Assembly: GCA_035554655.1 (NCBI GenBank)
Contig: DATMIF010000004.1
Location: 8,922 to 72,921 of the forward strand
Reading direction: 5' to 3'
DNA from: Flavisolibacter sp.
GTDB taxonomy: Bacteria > Bacteroidota > Bacteroidia > Chitinophagales > Chitinophagaceae
Length of the DNA stretch: 64,000 nucleotides
The translations under genes were made by a program, and so were the position numbers. Of this stretch, positions 36,072-45,320 are shown piece by piece; within the stretch, counting starts at the first letter, position 1, and each line of letters begins with the position of its first letter. Below the pieces are notes generated by a model. It worked only from the letters and a program-made list of their open reading frames with translations. It was not told the origin of the DNA and ran no database searches.

Positions 36072-37598
36072 TTAGTTGTCCTGTTGTAGATCAGCAATGG
36101 CCTCAAATTCATCAAACAGCTTCACGCTCAATCTTTCAAAAATTGAGTAATGCTTCATATAAACACTATGGAGTTCTTTGCTAGGAGTAAAACTGTCCGG
36201 CAGTTTCACCGTTTCCGCAGCCTCATCTAAATTTTTATACAAGCCAATCTCAGTTGCACTTAGTAAAAAAGATCCAAAAGCAACACTGTCGGAACCCGAC
36301 CCCTGCTTAATATGGACAGGCTTGTTGAAAACATCCGCCATCAACTGCGTCCAGAAAGGATAAGAAGCAAAGGTCCCGTTTGCAGAAAGCCTTTTAAACG
36401 AGCGATGCTCTTCCAAAGTTTTTCCGATGCTATAAATAGCATATAATATTCCTTCAATTGTGGCACGAACGAAATGCTGCTGTTCGTGTTTGATGTTTAA
36501 TCCGAAATAGACACCTCTTGCATTCGCATTCCACATCGGTGCCCTTTCACCTTGCAGGTAAGGAAGAAAAATCAATCCATCAGATCCTGGCGCAACCTTT
36601 GCTGCATCAGCGATCAGGTTTTCAATACAGTCTTCAAGGTCAAATGCTTTTTTGAAATCTCCGAATTGCTTTGCGTACCATTCAAACACAGCGCCTGCAT
36701 TGTTCGTTGGGCCACCGGATATATAGTGATCTTCAGTCAGCAGGTAGTTAAACAACCGCTGCTTTTCGTCCTGCAAAACTTCTTTGCCTACTACTCTTAC
36801 GGCTCCGCTTTCTTCAAGTGTAACCGTAGCTTTTCCATCTCCCCACACGCCGGCGCCCAGCGTAGCCATGCAACCATCGCTTGATCCCACAAGTAATTTC
36901 ACTTTGTCATGTAAGCCCAGAGAAGTCTGATATTCTTTTTTCAATTTCTTTGGAGCATAAAAAACAGAAACAAGATCAGCCAGTTTTTCTTTCTCTATGC
37001 CTGCGTGTTTCAATGCATTCTCTTCCCATTTTATTGTGCGGATATTCAACATGCCCGTTGCAGAAGCCATGCTATAATCAACTATGTATTCACCTGTCAG
37101 TTGCTGTATGATGTAAGTTTTGATGGAGAGAAATTTTTGTGCGGCATTGAAACGTTGCTTATCATTATTTTTTAGCCAGGTTATTTTGTTGAGTGGAGAC
37201 ATTGCATGTATTGGTGTGCCGGTGGTTTTATACAATGACTTTCCGAGCGAAGAATTTTTAAGATCATCAGCTTCCTTTTTTGCACGATTATCTGACCACA
37301 CCATTGCATAGCCAAGAGGAACGCCATTCTTGTCAATTGGCAAAACACTATGCATTGCCGAACTAAAACAAATACAAACAACTTTGTACTTGCGGGGATG
37401 AATTTTTTCATTCAAAAAATTCTTTAGGATATAAAGCATTGTGATGAAGATCTGTTCGGGATCTTGTTCGCTATAATCAGGTTTAACATGAAAAGTGGGA
37501 TAGGATCCCTTTGAAGATCCAAGCATGTTGCCTTTTAAATCGAATGCTACCACTCTTATGGCGCCTGTTCCTATTTCGATGGTAATAACACAATCCAT
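36072..37598 (-). CDS. FGGY-family carbohydrate kinase (gluconokinase-like)
   Basis: IEIGTGAIRVVAFD (phosphate-1) and VGSSDGCMATLGAG motifs are present. The start was set at the ATG at 37598, which avoids overlap with the AraC gene. Confidence 0.8.
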   Translation of the reverse strand: MDCVITIEIGTGAIRVVAFDLKGNMLGSSKGSYPTFHVKPDYSEQDPEQIFITMLYILKNFLNEKIHPRKYKVVCICFSSAMHSVLPIDKNGVPLGYAMVWSDNRAKKEADDLKNSSLGKSLYKTTGTPIHAMSPLNKITWLKNNDKQRFNAAQKFLSIKTYIIQQLTGEYIVDYSMASATGMLNIRTIKWEENALKHAGIEKEKLADLVSVFYAPKKLKKEYQTSLGLHDKVKLLVGSSDGCMATLGAGVWGDGKATVTLEESGAVRVVGKEVLQDEKQRLFNYLLTEDHYISGGPTNNAGAVFEWYAKQFGDFKKAFDLEDCIENLIADAAKVAPGSDGLIFLPYLQGERAPMWNANARGVYFGLNIKHEQQHFVRATIEGILYAIYSIGKTLEEHRSFKRLSANGTFASYPFWTQLMADVFNKPVHIKQGSGSDSVAFGSFLLSATEIGLYKNLDEAAETVKLPDSFTPSKELHSVYMKHYSIFERLSVKLFDEFEAIADLQQDN

Positions 37599-37611
37599 TT
37601 TCAATAATTTT

Positions 37612-38502
37612 TTAGTCGGTCGTTGGTATATTTTTCTTTCTAAACTCACTGGGCGTATAGCCCGTTAGCTTTTTGAATGTAGTTGCAAAGTGTTGTGATG
37701 AATAGAATCCGATATCCAGCGCAATGTCTGTAACATGGACATCCGGACGTTTCAACAATTTGATCGCTTCGGAAATTCTAATGTTGATCAGGTAATTCAA
37801 TGGTGAAAAGCCCGTATAGCTTTTTACTTTTTCTGAAAAGGCAGTTGTTCCTAATCCAACCAAGGCTGCCATTTCTTCTACGGTCCATTGATGTGAAAGG
37901 TTTTCGCGGAGCGCTTGTTCCAACTTCATAAATGTTTGAGGAAAATCCCTTCTCGAATTATTCTGCCTTGTTAGCTGTCTTGCTGATAAAATAAAAAGTT
38001 CATCTATTAATTGGTTGATGCGTGCGGTATATCCAATTTCCTGGTTGATGAATTCATTCTGCATGCATTGAAATATTGAACCAGCTTCTTTTATTTTAGA
38101 AAGAATGGGGCAGTTGTTGAGCATGAGAATTTTTCCAATCGTCCTGCATTCGCTGTCTGCAAGATGACTCCATTTGCCCATTGCCATATTTCCCGTTTTT
38201 TCCAGTTGTTGTAACTCAAGGTGCAGCCATGAAACAGTTCCGATATCAAGCAAATCTTTTTCGCCGCCGAAACTTTGTCCAGGTAAAATAATAGCCAGGT
38301 CCTCGGGATAAAGTATGTGATGCTCATTATTAATGATCCAGTCAAAACGGCCATCAAGTACATAATAAAAACGGAGAAATTCTGAAGCTTCTTTTTTTAA
38401 AGAATCAAACTGTATAGTGTTGGTTTTCCTTAGTGCGAATTCGATAATATGAGGGAAGGCATGAAGCTCTTTGTTATCTTTTTTTAAGAGGAACTGGTTC
38501 AT
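37612..38502 (-). CDS. AraC-family transcriptional regulator (cupin sensor + HTH_18)
   Basis: The C-terminal double HTH is present (WTVEEMAALVGLGTTAFSEKVK...VTDIALDIGFYSSQHFATTFKKLTGYTPSEFR). It is divergent from the SusC promoter. Confidence 0.9.
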   Translation of the reverse strand: MNQFLLKKDNKELHAFPHIIEFALRKTNTIQFDSLKKEASEFLRFYYVLDGRFDWIINNEHHILYPEDLAIILPGQSFGGEKDLLDIGTVSWLHLELQQLEKTGNMAMGKWSHLADSECRTIGKILMLNNCPILSKIKEAGSIFQCMQNEFINQEIGYTARINQLIDELFILSARQLTRQNNSRRDFPQTFMKLEQALRENLSHQWTVEEMAALVGLGTTAFSEKVKSYTGFSPLNYLINIRISEAIKLLKRPDVHVTDIALDIGFYSSQHFATTFKKLTGYTPSEFRKKNIPTTD

Positions 38503-38577
38503 GCAATCGTTAGGTTTCTAAATTCCGAAAACGATATTACTAATAAAATCTAAACAGCTTGTACAATATCCTTCGCT

Positions 38578-38620
38578 GTTTTTTATTGGAAGTTTTTTGT
38601 TCAAAACTTCAGATACTTTG
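38578..38620 (+). promoter_or_regulatory. Promoter with the shared 20-bp motif (copy 2), in the AraC-SusC divergent region
   Basis: gttttttattggaagttttt at 38578-38597 matches copy 1 at 19/20 positions. The -7-like box TACTTTG lies at 38614-38620 with the same spacing. The ATG is 103 nt from the motif start. Further positional identity to copy 1 extends for about 45 bp. Confidence 0.6.
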
Positions 38621-38680
38621 TTATAGCATAAAAACCCTTACTGGTTTTGAGCGGTATTAAATAACAAACCCCTTGCTATT

Positions 38681-41600
38681 ATGAGAAGTAGACTACGGCA
38701 GTTGTCTGCCCCATTTAACTATCTGTTCGTTTTAGTTTCCCTTTTACTTTTCTCTTCTGCAGCTTTTTCACAATCAGTTTCCGGAACTGTTACTGACGGT
38801 ACCAAGCCAATAGGCCAGGTAACGATACAGGTTAAAGGCACATCGAGGACAGCCCAAACTGATGATGCAGGAAAGTACACCATCAAAGCTTCAGGCAACG
38901 ACGTGTTGATTTTTTCTTCTGTTGGTTTTTTAAAACAGGAACTGGCTGTCAATGGCAAACAAACACTGGATGTTGTTTTGTTTACAGACGCAAAAAACAT
39001 GGAAGATGTTGTAGTAACAGCATTAGGCATCAGTAAAAGAACAAGAGGACTGGGTTACTCCGCAACAAGCGTGAAGCCGGATGAACTAACGGAGAACCGC
39101 ACTACAAATCCGATTAATGCATTGGAAGGGAAAGTTGCCGGCGTAAACATTACAAGCCTGGGCACAGGTCCCGGTGGGTCTTCTAAGGTCCGTATCAGGG
39201 GGCAATCGGCAATTACAGTTGGCGACAACGGGCCGCTTATTGTTGTTAATGGAGTTCCCATCAATAACGGAAGTAATACTGCAAACTTCAATAATGGTAC
39301 GGTCGGTGTTTCAGGAGGAGGTGCTTATGCAGATGGGGGGGATAACTATTCAAGTATCAATCCTGATGATATTGAAAGCATGACTGTTTTGAAAGGAGCA
39401 CCTGCTGCAGCCCTCTATGGTTATCGTGCAGCCAATGGTGTAATTATGATCACAACAAAAACAAAAGGAAAGGGCAGGGGTATCGGTGTATCTCTCAATT
39501 CGAATTACACCAATGAGACTCCGTTGGATTACACAGACTATCAAAAAGTATATGGACAAGGTGAGAATGGTGTGCGTCCTACAACAATAAATCCAACTTC
39601 CGGCGAATGGTCTTTTGGAGAAAAGATACAGGCGGGCATGACCAATATTCTTTTTAATAATCTGACGGTTCCGTACGTAGCTCAAGGCAGTCGCATAAAA
39701 GAATTTTACCGGCATGGACAGAACTTTTCCAATACCGTTACTTTGGAAAGTTCCACAGATAAAGGAGGATTGCATTTATCATTAAATAATACAGACAATT
39801 ACGGCATTACGCCCAATAATAAATTCAATCGAAAGAACATGAACCTTGGTTTCAATCATAATTTGTCGAACCAGTTCAGTTTCGGTGGAAACATTAATTA
39901 TTCAAGAGAGTTTAATCGCAACCCGCCAAACATTGCCAACCAGGATAATTCTATTCCAACGACACTAATGGCTTTGGCCAACACGATGCCTTTGAGTGTA
40001 CTTAAAGAAAATATGTACAATGCCCAGGGAAACGAATATGTCTTCTCCAGGTTTATGAATCGTACCAATCCTTACTGGGTATTGGAAAACCAGTTTCATA
40101 ATATCAAACGCGACAGGCTTTACGGAAATGTTTTTGCAAAATATAACATTCTTCCATGGTGGTGGGTGCAGGGCCGCTTCGCTCAAGACTTTTACTCACG
40201 TGATGAAGATCTAAACAATTTCCCGACAGGACATGCATCCCGTTCTCCTGCACCTGCAGGTTTCGTAAACGGCGTTTACACGCAGGAGTCCCGCCGTTTC
40301 AGGGAGACAAATCTTGACTTCTTGAGCAGTGCAAACAAAACTTTTGGAGATATGGATGTAACGCTTACTGTTGGTGGTAATGAAATGCGCAGGCGCACTG
40401 ATATCAATAATGTACAGGTAACGGACTTTGTAGTAAAAGGTTTGTACACAGTTCAAAATGGAAGAGCCAAAAATCCTGTCTATGCGCTTGAAGAAAAAGG
40501 GGTGAACTCGCTTTATGGTTCTGCTGATCTTTCATGGAACAAAACATTCTATTTAACGGGTTCTGTAAGAAAAGACTGGTTCTCAACTTTATCTGCTGAA
40601 AATAATGGTATACTGTATCCTTCTGTTTCTGGTTCCTACGTTTTTTCGGAGTCACTTAAAGTTCCATGGTTAACATTTGGTAAGGTACGTCTTGGTTATG
40701 CTGAAGTAGGAAGCGATGCAGATCTTCAGCCATATGCAGATCAACTTTTTTATAGTGTAAATGCTAACACTATAAACAATCCTGCGGGTACTGCAGTAAC
40801 TGTTGGAAGCAGCGGGGCAGTTCTTCCGAATAAGAATTTGAAACCAATGCGGATAAAAGAAACGGAGGCAGGTCTTGAATTAAAATTGTTTCAGAACAGG
40901 GTAAATCTTGATGTAGCGGTTTATAAAAAGATAACACTGGATCAAATCGTTTCTGTTCAAACATCAGACGCTTCGGGTTTTACAAGTACATTAATCAACA
41001 GCGGTGAAAGTCAGAACAAGGGTTTTGAAGGATTGTTGAATCTCATTCCTGTTCAGACAAAGACTTTCAGGTGGGAATTCACTGCAAATACTGCATATAA
41101 TAAAACCCGGGTAAATAAAATTATTACAGACAAAGCCGGGGAAAAACTAACAACAGGTTCTCATCCATTTAATGGAGAGGTTAGAATGGTAGTAGGACAG
41201 GAGATAGGCCAGATTGCGGGTTTCGGTTATGCACGAGATGCAAAAGGACAAATGGTCTTCCAGGCTAATGGACTTCCTCTTCGCAGTCCCGATTTTATTT
41301 TATTCGGAAGTGGTTTGCCAAAATGGACCGGTGGTTTCCTAAACAATTTTGCTTACAGAGGGCTAAATCTTTCTATATTGGTTGATTACAAATTAGGTAA
41401 CAAAATGCTATCGGGAACAAACTTCAACGCAGTGCGGCATGGCTTGCATATGATGACGCTAGAAGGACGTGAAACCGGTTTTGTCACCGGCAATGGTGTA
41501 AATCAATCTGGAGGTACAAACACTGCAAAAGCAGCTGTACAAACATATTGGGAACATCTGCGTTCGCAGCAAATTATAGAACCTGTGATTTATGACGGTG

Positions 41601-41842
41601 GCTTTTGGAAACTTCGCCAGGTGAGTTTAGGATATGATTTCACAAAACTTCTTCCTGGTAAATGGCCTATTAAAGGCGTCAAGCTTGATTTAGTTGCCAA
41701 TAATGTTTTACTCATTAAAAAATGGGTGGACAATATCGATCCGGAAACAGTGGGCTATGGTGTAGACGGCATGGTAGGCCTTGAATCTCCCGGCGTTCCA
41801 ACAACAAGAAGCCTCGGTGTGAATTTGAACCTTAAATTTTAA
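38681..41842 (+). CDS. SusC/RagA-family TonB-dependent outer-membrane transporter
   Basis: Signal peptide. CarboxypepD_reg-like domain (VSGTVTDG..GKYTIKA). Plug start DVVVTALGISKRTRGLGYS. The C-terminus ends in aromatic F. No STN (anti-sigma signalling) domain was seen. Confidence 0.95.
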   Translation: MRSRLRQLSAPFNYLFVLVSLLLFSSAAFSQSVSGTVTDGTKPIGQVTIQVKGTSRTAQTDDAGKYTIKASGNDVLIFSSVGFLKQELAVNGKQTLDVVLFTDAKNMEDVVVTALGISKRTRGLGYSATSVKPDELTENRTTNPINALEGKVAGVNITSLGTGPGGSSKVRIRGQSAITVGDNGPLIVVNGVPINNGSNTANFNNGTVGVSGGGAYADGGDNYSSINPDDIESMTVLKGAPAAALYGYRAANGVIMITTKTKGKGRGIGVSLNSNYTNETPLDYTDYQKVYGQGENGVRPTTINPTSGEWSFGEKIQAGMTNILFNNLTVPYVAQGSRIKEFYRHGQNFSNTVTLESSTDKGGLHLSLNNTDNYGITPNNKFNRKNMNLGFNHNLSNQFSFGGNINYSREFNRNPPNIANQDNSIPTTLMALANTMPLSVLKENMYNAQGNEYVFSRFMNRTNPYWVLENQFHNIKRDRLYGNVFAKYNILPWWWVQGRFAQDFYSRDEDLNNFPTGHASRSPAPAGFVNGVYTQESRRFRETNLDFLSSANKTFGDMDVTLTVGGNEMRRRTDINNVQVTDFVVKGLYTVQNGRAKNPVYALEEKGVNSLYGSADLSWNKTFYLTGSVRKDWFSTLSAENNGILYPSVSGSYVFSESLKVPWLTFGKVRLGYAEVGSDADLQPYADQLFYSVNANTINNPAGTAVTVGSSGAVLPNKNLKPMRIKETEAGLELKLFQNRVNLDVAVYKKITLDQIVSVQTSDASGFTSTLINSGESQNKGFEGLLNLIPVQTKTFRWEFTANTAYNKTRVNKIITDKAGEKLTTGSHPFNGEVRMVVGQEIGQIAGFGYARDAKGQMVFQANGLPLRSPDFILFGSGLPKWTGGFLNNFAYRGLNLSILVDYKLGNKMLSGTNFNAVRHGLHMMTLEGRETGFVTGNGVNQSGGTNTAKAAVQTYWEHLRSQQIIEPVIYDGGFWKLRQVSLGYDFTKLLPGKWPIKGVKLDLVANNVLLIKKWVDNIDPETVGYGVDGMVGLESPGVPTTRSLGVNLNLKF

Positions 41843-43392
41843 TGAAGTCAATTATGAAAAAAATATTCAGATATAGTTTGGTGTTCGTTGTAACAGCAGT
41901 CGCAATTTCGTGTACTAAGAAGCTTGAAGAAATAAATGTCAATAAAGTAAGCCCTACCTCACTTGATCCTGCCTTGCTGTTAAACAATGCCATTATCAAT
42001 ACATCCTTCCCAACCAAAACAGTTGTGTACGAGATGTCTATCGTTCAACAAATGGTTACACCTAATGGCGGTGTACTTGCGGGGGGTAATTTCAACCAGG
42101 ATAGTCGCGATGTAACGAACGCACCATTATGGGCAGGCTATTATCAAAACGTAATTAAGTATACACACGATGCAATTGTAAAAACAAAAGACGTTGCCGC
42201 AAGATCGAACCTTTACAATATGGCACGTATCTGGCAGGCCTATGCATTCATGGTGCTTACAGACACTTATGGTGCTATACCTTATACAGAAGGCGGCGCA
42301 GGATTAACAGATCAAATATTCTTTCCTAAGTACGATCAGCAGCAGGATATTTATCCAAAGCTTATCCAGGAGTTGACAGAGGCATCGGCTGCGTTAAGTA
42401 CCTCGGCAGCTGTGGAAGCTTCTGATATTCTCTACGCGGGAAATATAACTAAGTGGAAAAAGTTTGGATACTCTTTGCTTTTGAGAGTTGGAATGCGTTT
42501 AAGCAAAGTAGATCCTGCAAAAGCTCAAACAATAGTACAAGCTGCATTCACGGGGGGAGTAATAACAGACAATGCAGATAATGCCTATATGAGGCATGAT
42601 GCCAATTATCAAAGTCCTATAGGTGTGATGTTGAACGGTACAGAAGGTGCGAACTGGTATCTTGTAAAATCTTTTGTAGACACTTTGAAGAACAACAATG
42701 ATCCCCGTTTATCTGCTATTGCCATTCGTTACAAAGGTGCTACCTCAGGGCCAGGACAAACAGTAGACAAGGGATCAACTGCCCCTGCAGATCAAATTGG
42801 TATGCCGATGGGTTATGATAACGGGACCATTATAGCCCGAGTTACTTCCGACGGTCTTGCAAGTTTTTACGACTATAGCCAGTTGGATAGAAGAAGGATG
42901 GGAAAGACATCTGCTCCAATATTTTTTGTAACGGCTGCTCAAACAAATTTGTTATTGGCTGAAGCAAGATTCAGAGGTTGGATTACATCGGGTACGGCTG
43001 CACAATATTTTGCCGATGGCATAAAAGCTCACATGGATCAATTAGCTACTTATGACGCAGGTTCGGCCATTGCACCAGCCGCAAGGGATGCTTATATAGC
43101 TGCTCATCCGTTGATAGCAGGAAGAGAACTGGAACAGATCAATACGCAATATTGGATCGCTTCATTTTTAAATGGACCCGAAGCCTTTGCCAATTTCAGA
43201 AGATCCGGGTATCCTGCGCTAGCACCTAATCCATACGGACAGCCCAACAATCCTGATGTGCCGAACGGAACATTTATCAGGAGAATTGGCTACCCAACCT
43301 CAGAGCTATCGGTAAATAGCGCTAATGTAAATGCAGCAATAGCAACCATGGGCCCTGATAAATTGAGTACAAAACTGTGGTGGGACAAATAA
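41842..43392 (+). CDS. SusD/RagB-family nutrient-binding outer-membrane lipoprotein
   Basis: TAATG overlap with the SusC gene. Lipobox AISC. The C-terminal RRSGYPAL motif is typical of SusD-like proteins. An alternative start lies at 41854. Confidence 0.9.
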   Translation: MKSIMKKIFRYSLVFVVTAVAISCTKKLEEINVNKVSPTSLDPALLLNNAIINTSFPTKTVVYEMSIVQQMVTPNGGVLAGGNFNQDSRDVTNAPLWAGYYQNVIKYTHDAIVKTKDVAARSNLYNMARIWQAYAFMVLTDTYGAIPYTEGGAGLTDQIFFPKYDQQQDIYPKLIQELTEASAALSTSAAVEASDILYAGNITKWKKFGYSLLLRVGMRLSKVDPAKAQTIVQAAFTGGVITDNADNAYMRHDANYQSPIGVMLNGTEGANWYLVKSFVDTLKNNNDPRLSAIAIRYKGATSGPGQTVDKGSTAPADQIGMPMGYDNGTIIARVTSDGLASFYDYSQLDRRRMGKTSAPIFFVTAAQTNLLLAEARFRGWITSGTAAQYFADGIKAHMDQLATYDAGSAIAPAARDAYIAAHPLIAGRELEQINTQYWIASFLNGPEAFANFRRSGYPALAPNPYGQPNNPDVPNGTFIRRIGYPTSELSVNSANVNAAIATMGPDKLSTKLWWDK

Positions 43393-43554
43393 CGGACCTT
43401 AATATAATCTCTCAATGTAAGCAGTCAGACCTTATGTTTTCACGAGGGTCTTTTAAATCAACGGAATCTTGCTAAAAAATTTCTATTGTTGCAGCAATTA
43501 TTATTAAGATTTATTGATACAATGTGATTGAAAAGTGTTAATTAAGCGGACTCA

Positions 43555-45294
43555 ATGAAAAAAACTACAAGTCATAATTCTTCAAATAAACTTCGCAGCG
43601 CCGATTGGTTTGGTAAAGATGACAAGATGGGCTTTGTTCATCGTTCCTGGCTGCGCAACCAGGGATATCCGGACGATTATTTCAGAGGTAGACCCGTAAT
43701 AGGTATATGCAACACCTGGAGTGAATTGACTCCGTGCAATGGTCACCTTCGCGATTTTGCAGAAGTAGTGAAACGTGGTGTAATTGAAGCAGGTGGATTC
43801 CCTTTGGAGTTTCCTGTGACATCACTTGGAGAAACGATTATGCGGCCAACAACCATGTTGTTTCGCAATTTGGCGGCGATGGATACTGAAGAAACCATTC
43901 GTGCCAATCCAATTGATGGTGTTGTTTTACTTACAGGTTGTGATAAAACCACTCCTTCAACATTAATGGGGGCATGTAGCGTTGATCTTCCGACCATCGT
44001 TGTTCCCGGCGGACCGATGCTTAACGGAAGATTTAAGGGAGAATGTCTCGGCTCCGGATCATTCAACTGGATGGTGAAAGAAAAAATGCTGGTTGAGAAT
44101 TATTCTGCGGAAGATATTTTGGAAGCCGAAATAGGAGTGGCAAGAAGTGCAGGACATTGCATGACAATGGGAACTGCATCCACTATGGCTTGCATGGTAG
44201 AAGCTCTCGGTTTAACATTGCCGGGTGCGGCAGCAATTCCTGCAGTTGATTCAAGAAAGAAAGTAATGGCCCAACTATCGGGAAGAAGAATTGTAGAAAT
44301 GGTAAAGGAAGATCTTAAGCTTTCAAAGATTCTGACAAAAGAAGCTTTTGAAAATTCAATTGTTGTTAATGCCGGGGTTGGAGGATCTACAAATTTTATT
44401 ATTCATCTTATAGCAATTGCAGGAAGAATAGGCATTGAATTAAAGCTTGAAGAATTTGACAGCATCGGCAGTAAAATCCCCCTGCTTGTCAATTTAAAAC
44501 CTTCAGGCAAATACCTGATGGAAGATTTCTTTTACGCAGGGGGACTTCCTGTTGTAATTAAAGAGCTAAAGAAGTATTTGCATGCCGGTGCAATTACTGT
44601 AAATGGAAGGACTATTGCTGAAAACAATACTACTCCAATTTGTTACAACCAGGATGTTATTGCAACCATTGATAATCCCTTACAAGAAACCGCCGGTATT
44701 GCAGTGTTAAAAGGAAATCTTTGTGAAAACGGTGCGGTCATCAAACCTTCGGCAGCAACAAAAGAATTGATGCAGCATCGTGGTCCTGCAGTTGTGTTTG
44801 AAACCATAGAAGATTATCATGAAAGAATCGATGATCCTGATTTGGAAATAGATGAAAACTCAGTGATCGTTTTAAAGGGTGTGGGCCCTGTTGGCTACCC
44901 CGGCATGCCTGAAGTTGGTAATGTTGATCTTCCTGAAAAATTATTACGCAAAGGAATTAAAGACATGATTCGCATTTCGGATGGAAGAATGAGCGGCACC
45001 GCTGCAGGAACAGTAGTGCTTCATGTTTCCCCCGAATCGGCGGTAGGAGGAACACTTGCATTGGTGAAGAATGGAGATATGATTGAACTTGATGTTGAAA
45101 AAAGAAGACTGCATTTGGATGTCAGTGATGAAGAACTTCAAAAAAGAAGAAGTGAATGGAAAGCTCCGCAGCCAATGGCGCAGAGAGGTTATGCAAAAAT
45201 TTATATTGATCATGTGCAGCAGGCTCACCTCGGCGCCGACTTTGATATCCTAAATGGTGGATCAGATGGAGAAGTTACAAGAGATTTGCACTGA
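43555..45294 (+). CDS. IlvD/Edd-family dehydratase, L-arabinonate/D-xylonate dehydratase-like
   Basis: LRSADWFGKDDKMGFVHRSWLRNQGYP..PVIGICNTWSELTPCNGHL is typical of the pentonate-dehydratase clade. The Fe-S motif GCDKTTPS and the ISDGRMSG motif are present. No signal peptide. Confidence 0.85.
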   Translation: MKKTTSHNSSNKLRSADWFGKDDKMGFVHRSWLRNQGYPDDYFRGRPVIGICNTWSELTPCNGHLRDFAEVVKRGVIEAGGFPLEFPVTSLGETIMRPTTMLFRNLAAMDTEETIRANPIDGVVLLTGCDKTTPSTLMGACSVDLPTIVVPGGPMLNGRFKGECLGSGSFNWMVKEKMLVENYSAEDILEAEIGVARSAGHCMTMGTASTMACMVEALGLTLPGAAAIPAVDSRKKVMAQLSGRRIVEMVKEDLKLSKILTKEAFENSIVVNAGVGGSTNFIIHLIAIAGRIGIELKLEEFDSIGSKIPLLVNLKPSGKYLMEDFFYAGGLPVVIKELKKYLHAGAITVNGRTIAENNTTPICYNQDVIATIDNPLQETAGIAVLKGNLCENGAVIKPSAATKELMQHRGPAVVFETIEDYHERIDDPDLEIDENSVIVLKGVGPVGYPGMPEVGNVDLPEKLLRKGIKDMIRISDGRMSGTAAGTVVLHVSPESAVGGTLALVKNGDMIELDVEKRRLHLDVSDEELQKRRSEWKAPQPMAQRGYAKIYIDHVQQAHLGADFDILNGGSDGEVTRDLH

Positions 45295-45320
45295 TGATAT
45301 AATTAAAGGAAAATTTAAGC

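Noticed and set aside
41832-42017. A 61-aa minus-strand ORF at the SusC/SusD junction.
   Set aside because: It is antisense to the SusD signal-peptide region, so it is a shadow ORF.
43420-43452. A possible terminator hairpin after SusD (agacc ... ggtct followed by tttaaat).
   Set aside because: It has only a 5-bp stem with a 15-nt loop and a weak T-tract. The downstream dehydratase genes are co-directional and may be co-transcribed.
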